DNA from: Macrostomum lignano | Lineage: Eukaryota | Direction: 5' to 3' | Assembly (NCBI GenBank): GCA_002269645.1 | Contig: NIVC01002656.1 | Location: 51,247-115,246 of the forward strand | DNA: 64,000 nt | Part shown: positions 1 through 12,916 of the stretch, in pieces | How positions within the stretch are numbered: position 1 is the first letter of the stretch | Layout: every line of letters begins with the position of its first letter | The notes under the pieces: model-generated | Told to the model about the DNA's origin: nothing | Seen by the model: only the letters and a program-made list of their open reading frames with translations | Databases searched by the model: none | Translations under genes and position numbers: made by a program

Positions 1-212
1 CATGGTCAGCTTAAAAACTTTGCGAGCTAAATAGATAAAATAGGTGGCCTTTACATAGAGCGGAGCACTCAAAGTTAAGGTTTGCTAAATGTTAGCTTAA
101 ATGGCGACATTAATAAACAATACTTGGTCTTTCTGTCCATCTATCAGGGGCGTGGCGTGGACATGAGGGGCATCGCGGCCTTCAATAATGACATGGTGCA
201 GAAGCCCCTTTT

Positions 213-652
213 AATGAAATGGCACCCCCTCAATAATGAAATGGCGCCCCTCAATAATGAAATGGCGCCCTCATTCAATAATTAAATGGCGACCCTCAAT
301 AATGAAATGGCGCCCCCCCTCAATAATGAAATGGCGCCCTCATTCAATAATTAAATGGCGACCCTCAATAATGAAATGGCGCCCCCCCTCAATAATGAAA
401 TGGCGCCCCCCCCTCAATAATGAAATGGCGCCCGCCTCAATAATGAAATGGCGCCCTCATTCAATAATGAAATGGCGCCCCTCAATAATGAAATGGTGCT
501 CCCACTCAATAATGAAATGGCGCTCCCACTCAATAATGAAATGGCGCCACCACTCAATAATGAAATGGCGCCCATCAATAATGAAATGGCGCCCTTTTCC
601 CTCTATAATGAAATGGCAGCCGCACTCAATAATGAAATGGCGCCCTCTCTAA
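213..652. repeat. Minisatellite, 21-24 bp unit (ctcaataatgaaatggcgccc + variable C run), about 19 copies
   Basis: Tandem copies read directly. The ORFs 82..285, 236..652 and 448..663 are translations of this repeat. Confidence 0.95.
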
Positions 653-1370
653 CATTCTTATGAAGGTATCTTCACCTCACAGTCACAATTTCTCCCCTTA
701 TTTAGTTGTACCCATATTTTTGCCAAATCAATTTGTTACCAATTAAATGAAAGTTAAATTGATTATTAAAAAGTTTCAATAAAAAAATTTAAATAAAACG
801 AAAAATGACATTTGGATAGTAGTTACTTCACTAGCTTTTTAAATATAACAAAAACTCATATTTAAAAATAAATATCTAAATAAAGCATTTAGATTATTAC
901 ATTATATACCACATGAGTTACAATTTATAACTTGAAACTAGACTTAAATTATTTTTTTAACCATGAGAATATATTTAAAGGCATGCTTTTCATGCCTTTT
1001 AAATAGGTAAATAAGTAAAAAATATAATAAAAAATAATGTATAAGCTATTATATTTATTTTGTATTAGCAACAAATATTCTTTCTAACTGAATAAGAGAC
1101 ATAGTAGAGGGAACTTTAAAAGATTTTTTTTATAAAATAGAAAGAGAAGCAGCTCATTGAATCTATACTGTAGAGCAAAGAAATGTTATATTTAATTAAT
1201 ATTATCTACAATAGTCCCACATCAATATTTAAAGGCTTTGCCTAATAATTTTACATAACTGCCATACAACTCTGAAATTGCAAGTGACATAAGTTTCATA
1301 AACTTAAAAAAATTATTATCTTGCACAAATATCTTTTAAACAAAAACAGCATTTTAAGAATTAATAAGTA

Positions 1371-2342
1371 CTTCGGGTGTGTCATAAGTAATGTCACTGC
1401 AGGCTTCTGTCTAAAATATGTAGGCACATGGACTTGTGGGTAGCGTAGCTGCAAAGTATACTTAGTGAAGCAATACCAGTGCATTTGAGACGTGCATAGG
1501 TTGTTTATGGCCCAAGCTATCGCAAGAATACGCCAAGCAGATTTAGCAAGTGCAACGCGATGAAAAATCGTCTATGCAGCGAACAAAAATCACCATGAAT
1601 CTCGACAAGACGCCTGCATCAAGCAGATCCGCAAGGTGTTCAGCAGGCGGGGCTTGAATGACATCCTAAACTGCCTGGTTGCTGAGGATGAAAGCTGGCT
1701 CCACCTGGATGGCAAGGGCAGCAAGGCAGACAATCGCTGCTGGCTGGGAGCTGGGGACTCCAGGGCGACTGTGACCAGGAAGTCCATCTCGGACAAGAAG
1801 ACCATGCTGCTGGTAGCCTTCACGCCAAACAAACGAGTCTCCATCTGCACAACTCCACCGAACACCAAGGTCGATGGCCAGTATTTTATCGACTTTGTCC
1901 GGCACACTGGAGACCTCTGGCGCAATCTCCGGTCAAATCCATGTCACCTGGACGAGGTTCTGTGGCAGATGGACACCGCACGGCTGCACACCTGTAAGGC
2001 TTTTTCGAATTTTCTGCCTGCATGGCGAGTGAATCTGCTCTAACACAGTCCCTACAGCCCGGACTTCAACTTGTGCAAGAGATTCCTGTTCAAATGGCTG
2101 AAGGCTGAATTTTCCAAGAAGAGTTTCGCAAACCATGAAGAGGTAAAACAGGTCGCGTTGCACTGGTTACGGCAGTTGGAGGAAAAACACCTGTAGGCTG
2201 AGGTGGACAAGCTGTATGAGCACTGCCAGAGGGTGATTGATATTGGGGGACTCTATGTTGTTGAGTGGTACAGTTTTGTTCATCTGCGATTGCAAGTTCG
2301 TCCGTTTTCACATCAGTGACATTACTTATGACACACCCGAAG
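1371..2342 (+). mobile_element. Mariner (D,D34D-type) DNA transposon, internally deleted, non-autonomous
   Basis: Perfect 29-bp TIRs cttcgggtgtgtcataagtaatgtcactg (1371-1399, and its reverse complement at 2314-2342), each flanked by TA. The transposase remnant has EDESW, QMDTARLH and HSPYSPDFNLCKRFLF. The third Asp position (34 residues after D2) is K. There is an in-frame TAA at 2041-2043 and a later TAG. The N-terminal HTH region is missing. Confidence 0.93.
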
Positions 2343-4120
2343 TACATACAAAATATGTCGAAAAAACGAAATTGAATTAAGGTAGCAATCAAAAGGTTTA
2401 TACATAATTCCGAATTAGATTATTATTACCCAGTCTGAAAAAATGGAATGGAAAACAAACGTAAACAAACATATTACGAAATGAATGATTTTCTCTGGTG
2501 CTCCGTCAAATTTCACGAAATAAGTGTCATTTTCGAAATGATGAGATCATTTGGTTTGGTTATAGTAGTAAGACAATCAGCGAAACTTTTCTGTTAATAT
2601 TAAACACTAAAAATCCTAAAGATATAGTTTTATCATCGCCACATATCATCAGCACTAGCAATCAGCAATGTCAGCATCACAACGTGAAGAAACAGAATAC
2701 GAACAACACGAAATGTTTCGAAAAAATTGACGTCCATTTGCATGTTGAAAAACTGAAGTAGCGCAAAATTAATAAACAATATAATTTCAAACAGAACCAG
2801 ATTATTATTTTATGAGCTTTTGCTATAGTTTCCTGAAAGCAGCTCAGTCTAGTAAGCCCTTAGTTCTTTTTAAAGCGATACTATTTGTTAAAATATGAAA
2901 TTTTACATTTTGTAATAAAATTATATCGCTTTTATAGCACTGGAGTTGGGAGTAGAATTTTCTTATCACATCCTCATCTGATACTTTTAACAACTCAGCC
3001 GTCTGTAGTACTAAATTAAAAAAATATATAGGCGAAAGGGCTTATAGGTCCCTGTTTATGCACTGTCTACACACGCGATCGTACCTTATTTACGTGCGGA
3101 TCCATGCATGAGTACGCGCTTAAAGTTATCTCATCAAGATCGATTATACATTCGAAACGTTTAAACCATCCAAAACTTAACATTTAATTGTACGATATTA
3201 TACTATAAGATGCATTAAGTAACACAATTCGATCGCATTATATCTCATGCAGTTAATCAAAAAAAACGTTTGTTGAAGACTAGCTTATATTACATGCACT
3301 GCGCTGTACAGCGCTGTACACTAAATGCACATGCTATATCTCGTATATTCATGCCCGTTTGAGAAACAACAGTTGGGTTGTAAGTAGCGGTACATCATGT
3401 ACTTGTACAATTTTACCAACCTGTGTATGTATAGCTTTTGCAAATAAACCTTTACAATACATATGTATGTCATTCTCTACGGATTGCAATTTTGAAAGCG
3501 CGGGGACGATTTTCAACGCGAGGACGAACGGCTGGGCGCAGCACTTTACATACGTATTTACTCCCTGCCTTGTGTTTAGAGACTTGTAATTCACATATTT
3601 TCATGCGTGCAGTTTTTGAGAATATTGAGACATATAGAGAGCGAGTATTATATTTATGTATCATAAAAGTATAATAATTACTGTCAGAAACACTTTTTCG
3701 TCCCCTAGCTTTCTTCGTTAATCTTTAATTTTATCTTCGTGCAGTATACTCTACGATATCATATGCATGCACGAGCCGTACGAGTGGCGACGGACCATTC
3801 TGGCCCATCCGGCCATACTAAGCCGTCACATGTACAGAGCTAGAGTGCCTCCTTTGTTGGTGTTTCGTTTGTCACGAGCGAGGATGTACACTCACGCACT
3901 GCAATATAGAGTCACTTTCGCATACTGGTGAAACGTTTATACGGGCTCAAATTAATTCTTCACTGGCTCATAGAAAAAAAATTCTATTTCACCAGCTATA
4001 TAAGTATTTTGATAAAAAAAGTATTTTACTAGCTATAATCTGTTTATCAAAGTGTGTTAAATTTTATAGAAAAAAACAACGCACGCCACGATTTTGTACT
4101 CTAAAAGTCGGGTGCACAAC

Positions 4121-4441
4121 AATTGACTTGCCAAAATTTGACTGCCGACAATTTGACTGCGGACAAATGACCGCAGTCGGTCATTCTGCGGACAAATGAC
4201 TGCCGACATAGGCAGTCAAACTGTTGGCCTTCAAATTGTCGGCAGTCAAATTGTCGGATTGTCGGCAGTCAAATTGTCGGCAGTCAAATTGTCGGCAGTC
4301 AAATTGTCGGCAGTCACATTGTCGGCAGTCGAATTGTCGGCAGTCACATTGTCGGCAGTCGAATTGTCGGCAGTCAAATTGTCGGCAGTCAAATTGTGGC
4401 AGTCAATTGTCGGCAGTCAAATTGTGGCAGTCAATTGTCGT
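4121..4441. repeat. 15-bp satellite (aattgtcggcagtca) with a short inverted arm and central hairpins (foldback-like)
   Basis: About 13 forward units at about 4230-4441 and reverse-orientation units at 4121-4165. Hairpins at 4166-4185 (aatgaccg-cagt-cggtcatt) and 4197-4218 (tgactgcc-gacata-ggcagtca). Confidence 0.85.
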
Positions 4442-6482
4442 AGAATCTTAAAAGTCCCTACCAGCACGAACAGCTTATAACTGATACGACAGACAGAACT
4501 TAATTTCTATTCTAATGTACATGTACAGTGGACCAACATCCAGCTCCTGCATTCCGGCCTCTATTTTAGGGGAGTAGCAAAGTCATAAAACTGTCGATCT
4601 GTAAGCGTCTGCCTAGCCTAGTCCATAGCCATACAATTTACTCAGCTAAAGCTGTCGGAGAATTGGCAGTTCAAGAGAATGGCCCAAGCGAATAGCCAAG
4701 CACAGAACCGAGAAAAGCGAGCTACGACAGGGGGGAGAGAGAGGACAGATGAGCAAGCATAAACCCTCTGGAGTCCCCCGTGTTCTTTCCGTCTGTTAGT
4801 CTGTCTATTAAGGCTATTGGCTGGGTAACGGTAGTCGCAGTCCTCACTCGTATCCCTTGCCCCGATGTACACTCGTATACAGTGAGATGGACTGAATGAA
4901 CTCGATGTAGTGGCCACAGCAACCTCAGAAAACGGCATACGCTGCGCCTCTACTAATGTCCAATTGTAAATACATAGCTTTAGTTGAATTCATTTTAACC
5001 AAAGGAAGGTCAAAGATTTGCATTTATTGTAGAATTGTTTTGAAGCTTGCCTTGATCTATATTACGAGACCTTGATTTGCTTTGATTATTAACAAATTAA
5101 ACGCGGCGGAGGTAAGTAAATTTGGTATTCTTTATTCTTGACGCTGAGTAATGCCATTTGTGATAGGGGCTCTACGCTCGTAAAATTCCAGGTGTGTCAG
5201 GGATCAGGGGGTGTCAGGACGCTAAAATATGCCAGCAGCAGGAGGTATCAGGGTGCAGGCCCATTGCTGATCTGCACCCGGGGCTAGATGGGAGGTGGCC
5301 CTTAGAGTGAACTTAGGAGTTACATGTAGAAGTGAGTTAGAGAGCATGAAGAGTACTCTCTAGGAGCCCTGCTGGGTTTCAGACCTAGCTCCTAAACACT
5401 GCTATATCAATAAAGAGTTGGATATTGGAAATACATATTTCAGGTCTGGATGACCATGCAGTTGTTATATCAAATATGGATGCTGCTTCCTCGTACAGAT
5501 GGCCCTAGATACCAAAGCTCAGATACTCTTATCCATATCTGTGTACAATAGAAGTACGTCACACCGAATCCTTTCTAACAAGAGGCTTAATGAAATCGCT
5601 ATTTCCAATTGCTAAAACTTCCTGTTGTAATTGATTTATCAATGTCAATATTGGTGACAGTAACAGTATTTCTTTCATCATTGATTTAGCTCAAAAATAT
5701 TTGCTGAGAATTAAGTACAGTGATTGTTACTTCAATTGTAAAAAACTTTGTGGCTTGCTGCATGCCCTGTACTTTATAGGTTTTTCCGGTCAAATAGCCC
5801 CAACTCAAGTGCTCATGTGAATTACTCAGTTCAATTATGGAATTTTCAAGTCAAGTGACAACATGCCAAATTAAATTGCAAATGGTCAATTGTTTCAGTA
5901 TGTGTTCTCTTCTGCTCAAGGTAATTTGCGCGTGACTTGGCTATATTGACAGATAAACTGAATTTTATGCATCTGAGATGGCTATAGCAATCCCGTAACA
6001 GCAATGTCGGTGATATGAAAAAGTACATATTTGTCATCGACGTCGTTATATGTAGTAGTCGGAAAGTAGTCGTCGTTAGCTGCCGTCGTCAGATTGCTGT
6101 AGGGGTATGTTAAATTTGAGTTGTATATCATGGGCTACTTGACCGGGAAATCCTATAATAGCATGCTGCCCCTCTAAAAATATTGCGCAATATGCACTCA
6201 TGCCTTCTTCTATAGATACACTCCCTCACTCTCAGGACAGACTTGAGGTCCCAGTCAAGGCTCGTTCAAATTGGCCGTCAAATATGGCGATCACACGTAC
6301 TGAAGTACATCAATTTTCATTCCTTTGTACGTTGGTTGAGTGATCTGATGGCAGTGTGAATTGGGCAGCTTTACGCATCGAATTCCACAACAATTTCAGC
6401 CGGCACCACACATGAGACCAGTTTGTGAGCTAGAACTGGATCCTATGCTATTATAGCTACAGTCATCACAACAGCGATCACA

Positions 6483-7262
6483 ATGCGATTCCAGAAGAAG
6501 ACCCTAATATTCTTCACCATCATGCTACCGACGATCATATTATGCATTATTCTGTTCCTCATTGCCTACTCCGGGCCGAAGCCGTCGCCCTACTGGCAGA
6601 CAACGGGCGAGGAAGACACGTCAGACTTGCACCGTGGCCGACTCAACACCTGGGGCGAGTGCTCGGCCAGCCCGACTCTGCAAGCCGTTGTAGCTGTTGA
6701 GTCTGGCCAATCGGACGCGTCCGGCAGGGCGTTGCTTCGTCGATCGTGGCCTTGGCCAACTGAGCAACCTGCTGAAGCGCAGTTAATTTTCTTTATTCGC
6801 TATTCCGTTAACGCTAGCTGGGAGGATATTGTGCAGGAGTTCTATGCTCACAACGATATGGTGCTGGACTCTGAGCAGCATCATAAGCAATTGTCGGAGT
6901 CTACACCTGACCGGAATGCAACTCAAATCGGTGAGTCAGAGCTGCTAACTGCGGCGACAGCCTGGATGCAGAATTACTGTCCGTCAGTTCGCTACCTTCT
7001 GTACGCCGATATTGCCACCACTCTGCAGCCGAAACTGTTGCCATGGTTACTAGACTATCTGACTAACAAGACAGTGCCGCCTAATAGGAAGTCACCTCCG
7101 TTGCTAGGGCGGTGTCTCCTTATTGCTGACGGTCACAGGACCATTGTGACAAATATTAACAGGGATAACAATTTGAAAATAAGAAACAATAATGACAGAA
7201 ATGCGTCTTGGTCACAGAATGAAAGTTATGGGTTATTAAATTATGAACAATTATGCCTATAA
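6483..7262 (+). CDS. Type II membrane protein, divergent/truncated GT31 (beta-1,3-galactosyltransferase-like) glycosyltransferase
   Basis: N-terminal TM segment. VVAVESGQSDASGRALLRRSW resembles the GT31 'S...R..IR.TW' motif, QEFYAHNDMV resembles 'E...Y.DI', and AWMQNYCPSVRYLLYADI resembles 'W...CP...y.lK.DDD'. Similarity fades after about 7130 (possible donor g|gtcaca), so the 3' end is uncertain. Confidence 0.6.
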   Translation: MRFQKKTLIFFTIMLPTIILCIILFLIAYSGPKPSPYWQTTGEEDTSDLHRGRLNTWGECSASPTLQAVVAVESGQSDASGRALLRRSWPWPTEQPAEAQLIFFIRYSVNASWEDIVQEFYAHNDMVLDSEQHHKQLSESTPDRNATQIGESELLTAATAWMQNYCPSVRYLLYADIATTLQPKLLPWLLDYLTNKTVPPNRKSPPLLGRCLLIADGHRTIVTNINRDNNLKIRNNNDRNASWSQNESYGLLNYEQLCL

Positions 7263-7549
7263 TAAGCTTCATTATTTCAAAGTTAAAGTTTTTTTAAATT
7301 CCGTAATCTTAATTTGTTTCGACTGCGATCAGAAAAATCAAAAGAAATAAAACTTTTTTTTGCAATTTTGAGGAACTGCTTTTGCTAAAATTTGAAGCGA
7401 CTGTGTAATTTTCTTCTATTATTTTCAATATATATTTTGTCGTGGAACTAACACAAAGTATTGAAATTTAGTAAATTTCATAATTTTTTCAATAGCCTTT
7501 GAAATTTTAAGTATTGAGTATGGATCTATGAAATAGTTCTTCGAAATTC

Positions 7550-8560
7550 CTCCCTGAGAATCTACCCCATAAATCTCTCCCTGAGAATCTACCCCATACA
7601 TTAGATCTCTCCTTGAGAATCTACCCCATAGATCTCTCCCTGAGAATCTACCCCATACATTAGATCTCTCCTTGAGAATCTACCCCATAGATCTCTCCAT
7701 GAGAATCTACCCCATAGATCTCTCCATGAGAATCTACCCCATAGATCTCTCCCTGAGAATCTACCCCATAGATCTCTCCCTGAGAATCTACCCCATAAAT
7801 CTCTCCCTGAGAATCTTCCCCATACATTAGAACTCTCCTTGAGAATCTACCCCATAGATCTCTCCCTGATAATCTACCCCATACATTGGATCTCTCCTTG
7901 AGAATCTACCCCATAGATCTCTCCCTGATAATCTACCCCATACATTAGATCTCTCCTTGAGAATCTACCCCATAGATCTCTCCATGAGAATCTACCCCAT
8001 AGATCTCTCCCTGAGAATCTACCCCATAGATCTCTCCCTGAGAATCTACCCCATAAATCTCTCCCTGAGAATCTTCCCCATACATTAGATCTCTCCTTGA
8101 GAATCTACCCCATAGATCTCTCCCTGATAATCTACCCCATACATTGGATCTCTCCTTGAGAATCTACCCCATAGATCTCTCCCTGATAATCTACCCCATA
8201 CATTAGATCTCTCCTTGAGAATCTACCCCATAGATCTCTCCCTAAGAATCTACCCCATAGATCTCTCCCTGATAATCTACCCCATACATTAGATCTCTCC
8301 TTGATAATCTACCCCATAGATCTCTCCCTGATAATCTACCCCATACATTAGATCTCTCCTTGAGAATCTACCCCATAGATCTCTCCATGAGAATCTACCC
8401 CATAGATCTCTCCCTGAGAATCTACCCCATAGATCTCTCCCTGAGAATCTACCCCATAGATCTCTACCTGAGAATCTACCCCATAGATCTCTCCCTGAGA
8501 ATCTAACCCATAGATCTCTCCCCGAGAATCTAACCCATAAATCTAACCCTGAGAATCCAA
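7550..8560. repeat. Minisatellite, 27/32-bp units (gagaatctaccccata[catt]gatctctccct)
   Basis: About 35 tandem units with variant patterns. ORF 8289..8636(-) is repeat-derived. Confidence 0.95.
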
Positions 8561-9535
8561 CAAGGAAATCGTCTTGCCCCGAAATCTTTCTTTTAGACAA
8601 TCTACCACAGAATATCTCACCATGAGAATTCCACAAAAATAAAAATGAGTTGTCAGTAACTTCTCATCTCTGCAATGTGTTTCCAAGAATTCGCCACTTT
8701 CGACTCTGGCCACTCCCGGATCCGACAGAGTTGAGGCATCGTGCTAGTTATAACAAAATTATCAAAATATGGTAAATAAGATATTATAACATTTTCACAT
8801 TCAAAATGTCTTACATATTCTCTGTTACTAATTTAACAATGTCCAATTATAGTCATTTCATTGCTATACATATGCATAAGTATTAATGCAGTGCAGCTAG
8901 CTAGTATTTGCTGATCAGCCTATTATTCAAGCGTTTATAAATTAAGGTGTTTATTTATGATAGAAATTTCAGCAACGAGAAACTGAATTCGGACTGAATT
9001 TCAGCATTCAGTCCGATTACCCTTTGAATGGCTTTTCCCATATTGAATGACCAAAGTTATAGTCTATGGCCAAGCCTCCCTCAGTAGACTTTGCTAAACT
9101 GCTAAAGTCCATGACTAGGGTGAGACCTGTGGCCTGGCTTGAATGTCTATGGCGTCCCGTTTTAATTGTCCAAATTAGATCGTCAAAAGCGATATTAAAC
9201 TTGAATATATATTTGAAACTCGTATCGTCAGTGCATAAAGTATGATCTAAAGAATGTATAGCGCTGGATAGGATTTATCCGATTTTTTATATTCTATGCT
9301 CATTTCTAAAAAATGAGAGTCTTTCAGCTACTTCGGCTGTCCATGCATCTACATGTATATGTACATACACCGAGTACGCACATACAGTAAAAATATGACC
9401 CACAAATGGGGGTTTGCAATTGCAAAGCAAAAAAAAACAGGAATCTATCATAAAAAACAGCTAGTCAAAGTGAAAGCAGGCAAAATGTAAGATACACATG
9501 TACATGCACTACTGTTTGGGTAGTTTGGGTAACTG

Positions 9536-12524
9536 TCAGTTGATCCTATTCACCATCTCAAAAGTTGTGAAACTTCGCTGGACCCAAGGTGAGGAGCCGT
9601 TAACTTTGATATTACTTGCTTCTTTAAATAATGTGGACGATGCTAAGCCTTTCTTTTGAACTGCGGGAAGCTTCAGTCGAGTTGTCGAAGGTGTCGACTG
9701 GTTCGACAAAACGCAGCCTCCGCCGTGCAGCTTGTCGAATCTGCCGGAGGAATTGATCTGCAGCCGGCGCACCGTCGCCAACACTTCGCCGCGTCGCCAA
9801 CGCTTCCAGTCGGTCTGGCCCTGACAGGCCCGGCGAAGACGCTTATCCGACGGCTGTTGGACGGCGGCGACAGTGGCAGCTGCTGTTGCGGCGTCGGGAG
9901 TCAGGACCGACATCAGGGTGGCTCGGGAGACGGCCAACACGTGGCAGCCACGGCTCACCAAGCGGAAAGCGCGAGTGGCGTCTGGACCGGCGGCCAGGCC
10001 CTAAACAGAATTGAACAGATTTGTAATTACAGTTTGATTGAGACTTAGCGTTACAGTGAAAGTTTAGCTCCATGCAGAGTGTACAAAAGCCGCAGTGCAA
10101 ACAAAACTATATGAAATTTTATAGCCACAAGTATATATCAACTCAAGCTTTGAAACCGAAGCGAGGGACTCGGTGTGGCATAAAGTTGCATTTCTCTAGT
10201 TGACTTGGTCGGACTTCGGGCGTCTTTCCAGTGCCACATCCCCTTTTGATGAACTCATAGAATTTAAACTTTTCAAAGCATCTTACGATCATGCAACTCA
10301 CAAAAGCATTGCCGGGCACCAGACGGCCAACTTTAGCCATGAGGCAGTCGGGCTCGTTTAGCAGTCTGTAGCAGTCGGCTGAACCGGACATTAGAATCCA
10401 GACGCAGTCGGTTCGACGCGAGTCCGACACAATCTGACAGCCGTCCAGATAGTCCAGCTGAACGCAACTGCTGGCAAGGCTGTTGATCTTAGCCTCAGCC
10501 GGTTCGGGCTCGACAGACTGCGGTTCTGACTCCGTCTCGGTGCGAGATCCGTCTTCACTGACAGCTGGCTGACGTCTAGCTGGTGACGCGAGGCTTGACA
10601 GTAGTGGCACACGTCTGAAGATTGTTGGACGTTTTTCTAGGATAAACGATTGTTGATTCTCATTATCTGAAATAAAACTATTGATCAAACGGTACCTATC
10701 GTGCAAAAAAGCCTGACGATGGACGCAACCCTGAGCCCGATCAAAATCTGATAACTTGTAAACGTAGTTTTAAAAGCTTTTGCGTCTAACATCAATCAGT
10801 TCGGTTGTAAAAAAAATTTACGACATTTTCCGTGAATACTCATTGGATTTAGTTTCAATCAATTCATGGAATATTGCTATAAATACCTTAAAAATTGAGC
10901 AGTCTGCTCAACTCTAGCCCTAAAGTACGCAGCCAGACCAGACTCAGTGAAGCACTCATCGTAGATGATTAGCAACTCCGTCAGCTGCGTCTCCGTAGTG
11001 ACGGTGGCATTTCGATTTGTCTCCAAAAGCAACGCTCTCTCGCCGAATGCGTCGCCTTTGCGCAGGCGAACGGACTCTGAGCCGGCGTCCGTGCTGGCCG
11101 CCGTTCTGACCACGACACCGCCCGAGAAGATCATGTAAAATGAGTAGCCGATGTGGCCCTCGCGAAGTACGTCGCGGCCCTTCTCTAGCCTGGGGAGGCA
11201 GAATTGTTTTATTTAAAATCTATCACATGTAATTGATGGTAAAATAGTATTATCTTACCACGTAAGCAAACCGTCGCTAGCAAATGGGTACATAATTTAA
11301 TTACACCGATTGATATTCACCCGACGTACATGTATATCATCGTCAGCTGTAAAAATAGCTAAAAATAGCCATTTGCCAGTGACGACCTTTGACATTAGCA
11401 ATGTCGGGTACGTCGATAGACATTGGAATGTTGCACGGGTTAGTGTGACTAGTGGAAGAATAAGAACAAACGAAGGACTCCGAATAATGTGTCAATTTTA
11501 TTGACTCTATTTTTTTACGTTAAATTCATTACAGAGATCATTACATCGAACCGTTTTGGCGGTTAAATCTCGATTGTGTTTCTATAACTATTTTTAATTT
11601 TAAGAATGTCTATAAGCTTCCGAATCAATTCATAGACCTTAATTGACTGAGAATCATTCATTACGAGTATTATCTAATTGAATTTTACACGTTCGTAAGT
11701 CACGGAACAACTTAAGTCTAAGTAGTTTAAGTCTAACGACGCTACACCTACAAAATGTGCAAATTTCACCTGAGGCAAATTTCATCGCTAAACGCAGTGA
11801 GAAAGAAGCTTTTAGTTAGCACTAAACTGACCATATCTCATATTTTCAAGACTTCTGCATTGCAAATAAAACAAGTGTTACAAGTTCTATTTCAGCCCGT
11901 ACATGTAGTTATTACAAGCTATAAATACTATGCCTACTATGTACATGTATGTTCGTGAAGCTGTATCCTTCGAAGTTTTTTCAGTGTTGACTATATAGAT
12001 AATTTATATCTGACCAACCTCATGTAGAAGGCCTGCTCAGACAGTAGTTGCAGCACCTGCTCCGGCAGTCGTCTGCAAAACTTCAACTGTCGCATCAGCG
12101 TCCTGATACAGTCGACATCATCGCTTGTTCGATGCTGCGGCAGGCGCAGCACGGGCCCGATTGCGTACCTGGGCCAGCGGTACTCATCGCCGGTACTAAA
12201 TCGATACTCGGCAGCGTCGAATTCCAGGTAGCCATCGGATTCTGAGTAGAACCTGGCCAGACTTGGCTGCTGCTGCGCCACTGTGGCAGCCGCTGTCGAT
12301 AGGGGCGCGTGGACGCCGGCTTCGCGGGCGCACTGGGAGAAAGCCAGACTGACTCGGCAGAGCACCCGAACAACGGTGGCTTTACGACGGAGCAGGCCCT
12401 GCAGCTCATGCCGGTGCTTTCAACTCGGTTGTTGATCGTCAAGCTTCTGCTGCAACTGCGTCTGGTTTTGTGGCACTCCGGCTCGCTGCTGTTCAACATC
12501 ACTTTGCTGCTTTTGTTGTTGTAC
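9536..12524 (-). CDS. Cyclic-nucleotide-binding-domain protein (CNBD2-like, two CNB domains); 5' start not located; in-frame TGA in first visible exon
   Basis: Phase-consistent exons 12524-12019, 11189-10887, 10614-10302, 10000-9536 with GT-AG ends. CNB motifs VLREGHIGYSFYMIFSGGVVV and GDAFGERALL...RNATV. The second, degenerate CNB domain (VWILMSGSADC...GNAF|GL) spans the last two exons. TGA at 12422-12420. Confidence 0.8.
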
Positions 12525-12768
12525 CTACAGTTTTAAAATATTGAAACGTAGAACGTAGCATGCCATATAAGCGTAGAGCAAATAAAGAATTATGCGCTAA
12601 TTATAGCTATAAATTCCTGTCGCTTCTAATGAGATTCGAGTCGAAGTTTTTCTACTGCGCAATGTTTTTTGGTCAGCCTTTTTCTGCCAAAATTCTTAGA
12701 AACTTCTCTTCGTCTTAAGCCTCTTAAGCTTTGTGTCGTACGTTGACCCAGCTAGTGGCGGCAATGCC

Positions 12769-12916
12769 GTACAGCAATCAGACGTTCTATCGATGTCGCC
12801 GACAAATATGTACTTTTACATTCCATCCATGGATAACAACGTCATACGAAGTGAACGTCGGTGTAATGTAAAAGTACATATTATTCGGCGACGTCGGGAA
12901 AGTCGGATTGCTGTAC
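12769..12916. repeat. Imperfect inverted repeat (about 54-bp arms), MITE-like dispersed family
   Basis: Arms 12769-12822 and 12865-12916 are reverse complements with few mismatches. Related copies at about 6001-6101 and about 49594-49620. Confidence 0.7.

Noticed and set aside
3050-3900. CpG/palindrome-rich non-coding block with short ORFs, possibly a Helitron-like element
   Set aside because: No definable ends, TSD or protein motif could be supported.
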